Virus record (IMG/VR): IMGVR_UViG_3300022752_002834 | Coordinates: 54,292 to 118,291 of that record | Source: a virus | Reading direction: 5' to 3' (one strand) | DNA: 64,000 bases | Shown here: one piece after another, positions 56,129 through 63,984 of the stretch | Numbering within the stretch: position 1 is the stretch's first letter | Layout of the letters: each line of letters starts with the position of its first letter | Made by a program: the position numbers and the translations under genes | The notes under the pieces: model-generated | The model's input: the letters and a program-made list of their open reading frames with translations, nothing else | Database searches by the model: none | Told to the model about the DNA's origin: nothing

Positions 56129-57033
56129 AGTTGTTCCTCCATATGCTTGAATATTGCTTTGTCTTTCATCTTTAGCTCAAAGTCAAGATCAAAGTCAAGA
56201 TCGTGCGTGTCAATAGAATTATAAGCAAAATCGGCGTGCGCTCTTGGATTGTTACCGGGGCGACTCTCGCTATAGTGGAACAGCGGTTTAAAGCCCTTCC
56301 AAGTGGCGTGACAGGCCCGTATAGCCTCTTTCTCAGTAAGACCGTCTGGATGGCACTTGTGGTGCAAATAATCAAACGTGATAGGTATATTGGTTGCTGG
56401 GTAGAATAGTTCTGTTAGCTCTTTTACAGACCAGCAATTTACCTTATCGTCATTTTCGATAACAAGTCTGCTACGACAATTGCTATCAAGGCGAGAATAA
56501 TTGGAGAGAAATCTAGCAATAATACTATCATGGTCGCCAGTTTTGTTATGTACGTGCAAATTCATTGGTGATCGGTAGTCGGCTGGACATCCGATACGGT
56601 CCATGAATGCAGAATAGAAATTAAGTTCTCTGATTGTCTTTTGTACCGCTTGCTCGTTTTCAGATGCCAATACATTGAACTCGCTAGGGTGACAAGAAAT
56701 ACGGACCCCAGTATCGGAAATAGTCTTTTGAATAAAATCAAACCCAACCTGTATTTTGTCATATTGTGGAAGATCCTCTAATGTTACATTTGCAAGGTCA
56801 TATGTTATCAATGGAAATAGATCACTACTCAGTCTATAACACAGGTCATTGTCCGCACAATGCTGTATGGTTACACAAGTAGCGATCATATTATGGAATA
56901 TACGGTCGCCCAATATGTCTAAAGCCTCGTCACGGTCTAAGGACGAGAATCTTTTATAAGTCATGGTCTTGAACTTAACTGGATCGTCAAGTTCTTGTAA
57001 TTCTAGCGAAATGCAACAAAGCCCGTACCGCAT
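56116..57033 (-). CDS. uvsE: UV damage endonuclease (UvsE/UVDE)
   Basis: YRLSSDLFP, RISCHP, LVIENDD, FDYLHH, HYSES, AHAD, ELKMKD. Confidence 0.92.
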   Translation of the reverse strand: MRYGLCCISLELQELDDPVKFKTMTYKRFSSLDRDEALDILGDRIFHNMIATCVTIQHCADNDLCYRLSSDLFPLITYDLANVTLEDLPQYDKIQVGFDFIQKTISDTGVRISCHPSEFNVLASENEQAVQKTIRELNFYSAFMDRIGCPADYRSPMNLHVHNKTGDHDSIIARFLSNYSRLDSNCRSRLVIENDDKVNCWSVKELTELFYPATNIPITFDYLHHKCHPDGLTEKEAIRACHATWKGFKPLFHYSESRPGNNPRAHADFAYNSIDTHDLDFDLDFELKMKDKAIFKHMEEQLCQI

Positions 57034-57058
57034 ACATTGTCTCCTGTGTGTCTATGCT

Positions 57059-57087
57059 ATTCTACATCGACACAGCAGGGTTGTCAA
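57059..57087 (-). promoter_or_regulatory. sigma70-like promoter for uvsE
   Basis: TTGACA-N17-TAGAAT with CGAT in the spacer. Confidence 0.65.
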
Positions 57088-57344
57088 CTGTTGTTTTTCT
57101 TCCAAGAGAATAGATTGTTTAGGTAGGCTTTTCTTTTACTACAATTGCATTCCTTAAGATTAAACCACGACTTGAATCTTTCTTCTGTAATACCAACAGT
57201 CTTTAGTACAGATTCCACCACATCCCCAAGGCCCGTTGTGTCTTCTTGTTTATGTGCATTAGGATTGATACCTAATCTCTCTAATTCTTTTATAGCCTTA
57301 TCCATCTCTTGTTTAATAGAGTTATTTTCTTCTCTTGCTGTCAT
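57084..57344 (-). CDS. Conserved phage hypothetical protein
   Basis: GLGDVV...GI...CNC..RK..LN motif. Confidence 0.65.
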   Translation of the reverse strand: MTAREENNSIKQEMDKAIKELERLGINPNAHKQEDTTGLGDVVESVLKTVGITEERFKSWFNLKECNCSKRKAYLNNLFSWKKNNS

Positions 57345-57695
57345 TTTTTTCTCCCTAGTTTGTGGGTTTTATTCCCATTTACTATGTTTTTTTGTAGTTT
57401 TCTGTGGGTCGTTAACCACAATCTTACACTATATTATACACCCAAAACGGTCATAAAACGGGTGGTTATACGAATAGCCTGTATGTGCATTTAACACTAC
57501 AAAATACGATATAGGATAGTAAGAGTATACATAGTAGACATACATACAATACAACAAAGGCTATGGCTGAAAATATATTGAAATTCAACCTGGATATTTC
57601 ACATAATATATAATTATTGCATATCTGTTTCATGTTTCATCGTATCTGTATAGGGTGTATGGAGGATAGAGAGTAGGTATGTATGTATAGAAAAT

Positions 57696-57731
57696 GACCC
57701 CTGCTATCCAGAATATAGGACAACAGGGGCC
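57696..57731 (-). terminator. Intrinsic terminator
   Basis: GGCCCCTGTTGTCC/GGATAGCAGGGGTC stem followed by ATTTT. Confidence 0.65.
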
Positions 57732-57737
57732 AAAAGG

Positions 57738-58034
57738 TTAGTCTTGCATATGTGTAAGGGCGTAGTCTACCATACTAATATACTGGTCTACTTGTCTTGG
57801 TGTGAGTTCCTTACCATTAGCAGCAAGAGCGTGTCTATATGCTAATCGTTCCCTTTTAGTCATAGTAGTAAGATCTTTAAGCTCATTGATATAATTCTTG
57901 TCTTTTATCTTAAGAATACTCTTCATTGTCTTATAAGTATCATCATCTTTGTAGTCTTCGTCGTATAAAGTACTCATATATTCGAAAAATTCTCGTTTAT
58001 TGACCATTTGAACGTACTCCTTATGATTTTTCAC
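57738..58034 (-). CDS. Hypothetical protein
   Basis: ORF. Confidence 0.5.
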   Translation of the reverse strand: MKNHKEYVQMVNKREFFEYMSTLYDEDYKDDDTYKTMKSILKIKDKNYINELKDLTTMTKRERLAYRHALAANGKELTPRQVDQYISMVDYALTHMQD

Positions 58035-58082
58035 CTCAAAAGGGGCGAAACTTTATGTTTTATGGGCCTTTATCTTATAATC

Positions 58083-58526
58083 TCAGCGTAAAACGGGCCT
58101 AATTGGAGTATTGACTTTTAGTAGTTTATGTGGACTTCTATACATATTTGGGATAGTATCAGAAGCAACTTCTGGTCCCATGTATATATACCCGTATCCA
58201 CCATCGTATACTCGTAACCCCAAGTCATCCTTGTCTTGTACTGTATATACTCCCATATCAGTAAGGTACTGACGTTCACCATCACCATTAACATAGTAGT
58301 TACCAGATCGGCCAACAACCTTTACTCTGTCTCCTTGCTTAAGAGATCGCCAATCCTCAATCTCTTCATACTTCTTAACCTTAACCTTCTTTGTCTTCTG
58401 TGGCTTATTACTATTAGCAACAAACTCGTTTCCACAATGTTTACAAACATGAGATCGTGCGCCATTAATCCCATTACATTTCTTACAAAGTTTTTGACCA
58501 CGCTTCAATTTCATAATTATCTCCAA
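58083..58526 (-). CDS. Zinc-ribbon hypothetical protein
   Basis: CKKC...CKHC. Confidence 0.65.
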   Translation of the reverse strand: MEIIMKLKRGQKLCKKCNGINGARSHVCKHCGNEFVANSNKPQKTKKVKVKKYEEIEDWRSLKQGDRVKVVGRSGNYYVNGDGERQYLTDMGVYTVQDKDDLGLRVYDGGYGYIYMGPEVASDTIPNMYRSPHKLLKVNTPIRPVLR

Positions 58527-58589
58527 ATGCTAAAGTCACTGACTACCAGTACAGGCCAGATCTGAATTATTTAGGTGAGACAGCCCTTG

Positions 58590-58618
58590 ATTATACATCG
58601 GGTTTACCAGCTTGTCAA
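58590..58618 (-). promoter_or_regulatory. Consensus sigma70 promoter
   Basis: TTGACA-N17-TATAAT. Confidence 0.8.
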
Positions 58619-58684
58619 CTTTAAAAAACCCAAATCTCACTGACTACCAGTAAAGGCCAGATCTGATTATATAGGGTGAGACAA

Positions 58685-58912
58685 TCATGCGATTATCTTA
58701 AGTTCACCAGTATTACTATTAAAAGAAGTAAAGAAGCTCTTGCTGATATACTTACCTTCTATACCATCAATGAGTCGCTTACTATATATGTTAACGCGCC
58801 ACCGGTCATCGTATACGTTCATGCTCTTGCACATAAGATAATCCTTTGGCTTCTCTGTATGATTAAAGATTACATCACACGGAGTAATATCGTAGTTATT
58901 TATTTTCTTCAT
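58685..58912 (-). CDS. Hypothetical protein flanked by repeats
   Basis: Small ORF. Confidence 0.6.
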   Translation of the reverse strand: MKKINNYDITPCDVIFNHTEKPKDYLMCKSMNVYDDRWRVNIYSKRLIDGIEGKYISKSFFTSFNSNTGELKIIA

Positions 58913-59098
58913 TGGAAATCCTTCTATTATATTAATCGTAAAATATCAAATCTCACTGACTGTATTGCAATATGTTGATCTCGACGCTTCGCGTGAGACA
59001 CCCCACGATTTCGTTAGATTACCCAAGTCTCCCAGCTTAACATATGAGAGAATACGATAATCCCGTACCCCCATTATACCTTATCGACATACTGAACG

Positions 59099-59226
59099 CA
59101 AGTCCTTGAGAGGAAACAACTTACGTCAAATGGTTCTATAAAATGACGTAACCCCTTGAAAATAAAAGACTTATGAATCCGGCGGCGGGCCGCGTTCGCC
59201 CTAAACCCTTGTGGGGCAAGGACTTA
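59099..59226. repeat. Cluster of three 25-bp 9-7-9 palindromes
   Basis: 59099-59123, 59149-59173 and 59202-59226; consensus TAA(A/G)YCCTT-N7-AAGGACTTA. Confidence 0.88.
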
Positions 59227-59243
59227 GAGCAAATCGCGTTTTC

Positions 59244-59582
59244 CTAGATAGAATCGAAGTAGGCTTTGGCTTCCTTCATCTTTTCTTGAATGCCCTTGTG
59301 TACAGGCGTATCCTTATTTACCTTTTCGTATTCTTCGATCACGGGCGGTTCATAATCACAAGTATAAAACCCCGCATTTTGTTCAAGGTAATCCATACTT
59401 ACCTCGCCCAAAAGTTCGTGAAGTTCGTCAGGGTCTTTTGCCTCTACTACAAACTTGGCCTTTTTGGCTTCAACATAGTTCATCGTTACTTGATACTTTG
59501 GCATATTATATTCCTTATAAAGTAGTGAGAGCGGGATGGCGGGCGAAAGAAAGATATATTCCCGCCACCCCAACCCTCCCAC
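59244..59582 (-). CDS. Hypothetical protein
   Basis: Likely start at the internal MPKYQVTM, preceded by AAGGA. Confidence 0.55.
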   Translation of the reverse strand: MGGLGWREYIFLSPAIPLSLLYKEYNMPKYQVTMNYVEAKKAKFVVEAKDPDELHELLGEVSMDYLEQNAGFYTCDYEPPVIEEYEKVNKDTPVHKGIQEKMKEAKAYFDSI

Positions 59583-59585
59583 TAA

Positions 59586-60812
59586 CTAAGCGTTAAGACT
59601 GTAAACCTTCTCGTAATCCTTGTCGGTGAACGTATCCGCACGACGAAGGATGGTTGCCCAGCGGTCAGCGGACGTTGCCATTAGACTGCCAGCAATCTCA
59701 TCGAACTTGACCCATGTAGTATTATCAAACTTCTGACCAGCACGGGTCAAGCCGTTGATGATACCGAACAGGTTACGATTTCCAGCCTCATATTCTCCAT
59801 ACTGATTAAGGAACTCCGTAGCCTCACGCTTGCTCAGTTTATAATCCGAAGCAACCGACGCCACGATACCCTTAATACTAGCCTTACCAGTTTCCATCGA
59901 ACGGGTAGCGAGGAACTGCTTGATACCCGGAGCGAGGAGCGGAATCTGGTGTTGGATATTCCTAGCGATTTCCAACTTCAGACTATCAAGGTCGATATTA
60001 CCGCGATGAACCTTGCGAATCTTTTCGCCAGAAGTCTGACCCCAGATGCAACCGTTCATGCAAATCGCACGAAACAAACTAGGCGTCTGACTAATGCGGC
60101 GAGTACCGATCTCGCAGTTACCCACACTAATCATACCACCGTAATCACTATCGTCCGCACCATAGTCCATAATGGTATCGGGGATAAGAACATTACCATA
60201 GATGGTATCCTCATCGCCACGCCAGTGACTAAAGCGACCGCCGGGAATAAACTCCGACAGCACTTCCAAATACCACCGATTATCAATCGGAGCATACTTG
60301 TCGGTCACGAACGCACGGCAAGTACCGTCCGTATAAGTACGCAGCCGGAACTGCTTGTCGGGATCAACGTGACGCAACGCATTGTTACCAACGATAGCCA
60401 TAGTATTAGCATCGCCAGCGTCGAAATCCTCACTCTTTCGCATCTCACGCAAAAACGTGGACGAAGGAATATCGCTACGCACACTAAACTGCTCAATAGC
60501 ATGATCGGTCGGGCGGAACTTGCGACCATCATTCAACTGAAGATAGAAGTGTCCCTTGTCGGCAACACAAGCAATATCCTTGGTGGCAACCATGATATCT
60601 TCACGATTTTCCACAGCCATCTGACAGGCTTGCATAACCTGCTCATAGGTCTGGGTCTTTGCCCACCAATCCTTATGAACGTGCGTACCATCTTGAAAAC
60701 CCGTACCGGTAGCACCTTGAAGGGTGCGAACAAAAGAGCCAGCATTGGGATCGCTATTAATCTGCAACTTCTCGTAACTCATAATCAAACTCCTAGTAGT
60801 GGGAACTAACAA
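59586..60812 (-). CDS. DUF932-like protein
   Basis: RAFVTDKYAPIDN...NCEIG...LFRAICMNG...H...NGLTRA. Confidence 0.75.
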   Translation of the reverse strand: MLVPTTRSLIMSYEKLQINSDPNAGSFVRTLQGATGTGFQDGTHVHKDWWAKTQTYEQVMQACQMAVENREDIMVATKDIACVADKGHFYLQLNDGRKFRPTDHAIEQFSVRSDIPSSTFLREMRKSEDFDAGDANTMAIVGNNALRHVDPDKQFRLRTYTDGTCRAFVTDKYAPIDNRWYLEVLSEFIPGGRFSHWRGDEDTIYGNVLIPDTIMDYGADDSDYGGMISVGNCEIGTRRISQTPSLFRAICMNGCIWGQTSGEKIRKVHRGNIDLDSLKLEIARNIQHQIPLLAPGIKQFLATRSMETGKASIKGIVASVASDYKLSKREATEFLNQYGEYEAGNRNLFGIINGLTRAGQKFDNTTWVKFDEIAGSLMATSADRWATILRRADTFTDKDYEKVYSLNA

Positions 60813-60819
60813 CTCTCGT

Positions 60820-60847
60820 ATTATACAGGATCATTCGGCATTGTCAA
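60820..60847 (-). promoter_or_regulatory. sigma70-like promoter
   Basis: TTGACA-N16-TATAAT. Confidence 0.7.
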
Positions 60848-61064
60848 GGTCGGAAAACAAACTATCGAAACACGATCCACAAGTATTAGAAATAAGCAAC
60901 TCACGCTCATTCGCGGAAAGATAATCTAATACTTTTTCAATCGGGCCGGAACCGCTCATCCAATCAATAACGTCCTCTTTATTGACAATAATGGAAATAA
61001 TATTGCCACACTTCCAGCACTGGCAATCCATCACAAATGAACGATCTTGGTATGCCGCAACCAT
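60831..61064 (-). CDS. Small zinc-binding hypothetical protein
   Basis: CWKC...ERELLIS.TCGSCFD. Confidence 0.65.
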   Translation of the reverse strand: MVAAYQDRSFVMDCQCWKCGNIISIIVNKEDVIDWMSGSGPIEKVLDYLSANERELLISNTCGSCFDSLFSDLDNAE

Positions 61065-61081
61065 GTTTCACCTTTTCCACG

Positions 61082-61110
61082 ATCATACCATACAGTATCG
61101 GCACTGTCAA
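61082..61110 (-). promoter_or_regulatory. sigma70-like promoter
   Basis: TTGACA-N17-TATGAT with CCGATAC in the spacer. Confidence 0.7.
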
Positions 61111-61139
61111 GCCTCTACCATTAGAAATATTTTTTGACG

Positions 61140-61217
61140 TAAACCCTTGGTATCAAAGGACTTATGTCGAGCGGGGCGGGCCGCATCGGCCCTAAACCCT
61201 TATGGGGCAAGGACTTA
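61140..61217. repeat. Pair of 25-bp 9-7-9 palindromes, 53-bp period
   Basis: 61140-61164 and 61193-61217, joined by a GC-rich linker containing GGCGGGCCGC. Confidence 0.9.
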
Positions 61218-61220
61218 AGA

Positions 61221-61475
61221 TCACCCGTCAAACTCTTCTATTTTTCCAGTAGAAGGCTCACGAACTTTTAGAAAAGCCCATGATTCCATATGTTTAGTAC
61301 TTTCATCTGGATATTGAGGCATAAGATCACTACATTTGTTCATAGCGTCTTCAATAGATTCACAATCACGCATAACAATATCAACAGTAAGATAGTGGTA
61401 CATATTAGACTTTCTGGTAGTAGTTATCGAACACTTCCTGCCACGTTGGAAACTCATAGAACGGATCGCCCTCAT
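61221..61475 (-). CDS. Hypothetical protein
   Basis: Likely start at the internal MYHYLTV. Confidence 0.5.
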   Translation of the reverse strand: MRAIRSMSFQRGRKCSITTTRKSNMYHYLTVDIVMRDCESIEDAMNKCSDLMPQYPDESTKHMESWAFLKVREPSTGKIEEFDG

Positions 61476-61614
61476 TCACGCAAACGCCCGTCTTATCATT
61501 ATAAATGTCATAGAAAGAAACATTCCTCTTATCCATATCACGCAAGGACTCATAGCAAGCGTATACGCTAAACGTAACATCGTCCATAACATATGTAGCA
61601 ACTAGTTCATTCAT
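61405..61614 (-). CDS. Hypothetical protein
   Basis: GGAG RBS. Confidence 0.55.
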   Translation of the reverse strand: MNELVATYVMDDVTFSVYACYESLRDMDKRNVSFYDIYNDKTGVCVNEGDPFYEFPTWQEVFDNYYQKV

Positions 61615-61943
61615 TGGTTATACTCCCTTACGTCTATAATGTTATCTTCTGTCAACTGACCAAAAAACTCGGGGTCTTCATATACCGTGTTATTTATGAA
61701 ATCTGCGATTTCTTCTTTGGTTGTTAGTTCTTCCATATTATGGATATGAAAGTACATCATGATTTTGACTTCTTTGATATTCATATGCTTATCCAGTTTG
61801 GTTGGGGGAATATTGGTACTTTATAACATGACACAAAACTATTCCTATTTATTTCTTATCTTGATACAGCAAACTCCAAACGAATATCATAATCATGAGT
61901 TCTAGCAACTAATCTCCCTAAGTGAAATGATAACATAACACAG

Positions 61944-62019
61944 TAGGGCGTGTACGAGTCGAACGTACCTATGAACACCTTATAAGAGTGTCGGATGCAA
62001 CCGGCTTACCTTACGCCCC
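61944..62019 (-). tRNA. tRNA-Ile(TAT)
   Basis: GGGGCGT/ACGCCCT-A acceptor stem, ACACT-CT-TAT-AA-GGTGT anticodon arm, GTACGTTCGACTCGTAC T arm. Confidence 0.85.
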
Positions 62020-62039
62020 GTGAACGAGTGACCCGCACC

Positions 62040-62068
62040 ATTATAGCACGGGCCACTCGCTCTGTCAA
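62040..62068 (-). promoter_or_regulatory. Consensus sigma70 promoter for tRNA-Ile
   Basis: TTGACA-N17-TATAAT; the -10 lies in the loop of a CGAGTG-CCCG/CGGG-CACTCG inverted repeat. Confidence 0.75.
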
Positions 62069-62074
62069 GGGAGA

Positions 62075-62293
62075 TCAGCGATAGCAGGACGTTTCCAGCA
62101 TCTTAGAAAACAGGAGCGTTCGCACAGTATTATCCATAGCACGAACCACAGCATACTTACCATTCGGGCCAGTACCAACACGCTCAACACGACCCGTGTG
62201 GAACTTCAGAATGTTCCTATTACCATGAAGCGGATACTTGCAGCGAATGTGACGATCCTTCTTCAGACTAGCAAAGTTATTCATTGTAATCAA
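62075..62293 (-). CDS. Hypothetical protein
   Basis: GGAGG RBS. Confidence 0.55.
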   Translation of the reverse strand: MITMNNFASLKKDRHIRCKYPLHGNRNILKFHTGRVERVGTGPNGKYAVVRAMDNTVRTLLFSKMLETSCYR

Positions 62294-62453
62294 CCTCCAA
62301 AAACTTCTTTTTCAACTTGCGAGAAAGTCACGTTGACCTTCTTCCCTTGACAATCAACCACAACACCCTCGCGGGTAATCTTCACAACAGTACCAACTTT
62401 GAGTTTAGTACCAATACCAACAATCTTCATTTCATTTCTCCTTGACGTTACTA

Positions 62454-62825
62454 TCACCACCAACTATCGTACACCACGGTCAACCCATTGTCAAGAGCCT
62501 CGCGGGCCTTATTGACAAAATCCAGATCCTGTCGCTTGTAATAGTCATCGCTATCACTACCGAAGAAAAATCCTACGGTTTGTGGCAAACCAGATCCACG
62601 CACAGCATCTTCTAGATCGTCCAAATCTTCCTTGGTCAACTCTAGCGGAATACAGTTGAACTCGCTCATGCCCATACCATCTTCATCTTCGCGGCGACCG
62701 GGACGGCCCTTGCTTTCCCAAAGGTTTTCCATCCAGCCTTGAAGATTAGGATGCTTACGCCAGTAGGCAAGTTCTTCCTTCGATCCGTTACTACTAACCG
62801 CAAATGCAAACTGATCTAAACCCAT
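62454..62825 (-). CDS. Conserved phage hypothetical protein
   Basis: MGLDQ...YWRKH...GFFFG...YDSWW pattern. Confidence 0.7.
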   Translation of the reverse strand: MGLDQFAFAVSSNGSKEELAYWRKHPNLQGWMENLWESKGRPGRREDEDGMGMSEFNCIPLELTKEDLDDLEDAVRGSGLPQTVGFFFGSDSDDYYKRQDLDFVNKAREALDNGLTVVYDSWW

Positions 62826-62936
62826 TATAAATCTCCTAGTTAGTGGTGGTTAGAGCCGATACTAGATTACTAGCGATTCCGATCTAAGCGTGGCGTTCAT
62901 CTAGTATCGACATTCTAACCGAACGACTTTAGAAAA

Positions 62937-63212
62937 TCAAGCCTCGACCGTTTCGGCAACCTCGGCCTTGGGAGCCTTGGGCGGCTTCGGAGTAGCAAGG
63001 CTCACGCCAGCCACACGCTTCGCCCACACCTTGTAACCCTGCTCCTTCATAACCTCAGTCTTGACACCATGAACCGCACACAGCGTACCGATACCGTCGA
63101 TAGCAGCGAGCAGCGAACCACGAACACCCTCAACGTCAACGCCAACCGGCGAATCAGTCACAATATCAACCGTAAAAGAAAACTTCTGCATAATCATCTC
63201 CTTTGTTATCAA
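62937..63212 (-). CDS. Hypothetical protein
   Basis: GGAG RBS before MQKFSF. Confidence 0.55.
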   Translation of the reverse strand: MITKEMIMQKFSFTVDIVTDSPVGVDVEGVRGSLLAAIDGIGTLCAVHGVKTEVMKEQGYKVWAKRVAGVSLATPKPPKAPKAEVAETVEA

Positions 63213-63239
63213 GTTAGTGTTATCAACCTTACTCCAATG

Positions 63240-63268
63240 ATTCTACTATGTAGTATCGGCCTTGTCAA
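63240..63268 (-). promoter_or_regulatory. sigma70-like promoter
   Basis: TTGACA-N17-TAGAAT with CCGATAC in the spacer. Confidence 0.7.
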
Positions 63269-63298
63269 GCACCGTTCTTGAAAAAATATTTTTTGCTC

Positions 63299-63376
63299 TA
63301 AGTCGTTGTGGCGTAAGGACTTACGACAAATCCGGCCCCCGGCCTTGTTCCTAAATCCTTACCCAGCAAGGACTTA
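63299..63376. repeat. Pair of 25-bp 9-7-9 palindromes, 53-bp period
   Basis: 63299-63323 and 63352-63376; the final TTA is the stop codon of 63374..63745. Confidence 0.9.
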
Positions 63377-63745
63377 CGACAAGTACCCTTCGCAACCAAG
63401 CGATGTCAGGTCACGCAGCAACTGCTCGGCCTTTTCGGGAGTGCTAAGAGTAAGACTGATGGCCTTTCCACCATCACGCCAATGTCCGCTCTCGTCGTAG
63501 CGACCAACCATGCCATCGGTCCAATCCTTCGATTCCTTCAATCCCCAGCCGGTGTGCTGTCGAACAGCCTTGATGCAAGGGATACGATTGTTTGTATCCA
63601 TGCCGTCAGTGATAGTAACCCTACGCTTCTGGTTCACGCCCAAAGCCACCTCCAGCGCACACACGATCTTCTCGTACATGTCCAGATGGCAACCGTTCGA
63701 CACCAGATTCAGAGCCTCACGAACACTCAGTTCAACCTTAATCAT
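63374..63745 (-). CDS. Protein with a ribosomal L7/L12 C-terminal-like domain
   Basis: NRIPCIKAVRQHTGWGLKESKDWTDG...EKAEQLLRDLTSLG resembles KIxVIKAVRxxTGLGLKEAKDLV. Confidence 0.75.
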   Translation of the reverse strand: MIKVELSVREALNLVSNGCHLDMYEKIVCALEVALGVNQKRRVTITDGMDTNNRIPCIKAVRQHTGWGLKESKDWTDGMVGRYDESGHWRDGGKAISLTLSTPEKAEQLLRDLTSLGCEGYLS

Positions 63746-63984
63746 ATTCCAAAACTTTCTGTATACTTAGGGTTTATTTCGCTAATACCGTCAAAACTAC
63801 CGTTACGCTCTTCTAGAATATAAACTTGCTTACCATCGGTAATCAAGGTATCATATTCCGTTCCATCCCAAATGAACTCGTTATTGTCGCTTTCTCGTCG
63901 CCAGTGTGGATCACGAAGTGGATTATAAAACAACTTCTCAAGATTGTCAACAGGCAGAGCGGGATAAAAATCCTTCCTCAACAT
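63742..63984 (-). CDS. Hypothetical protein
   Basis: Small ORF coupled to the next gene. Confidence 0.5.
   Translation of the reverse strand: MLRKDFYPALPVDNLEKLFYNPLRDPHWRRESDNNEFIWDGTEYDTLITDGKQVYILEERNGSFDGISEINPKYTESFGI

Larger units (their letters stand above)
58534..59000. repeat. Three direct copies of TCTCACTGACT-N14/15-GATCT-N11-GTGAGACA
   Basis: Copies at 58534-58582 (begins AGTCAC), 58635-58683 and 58951-59000. Confidence 0.85.

Noticed and set aside
59949-60809. 286-aa plus-strand ORF
   Set aside because: Antisense to the DUF932-like gene; no motif or supporting signals.
58534-63376. Repeats as a CRISPR mini-array or integron attC sites
   Set aside because: Copies are degenerate, occur in twos and threes separated by genes, lack RYYYAAC/GTTRRRY ends, and no integrase is present.
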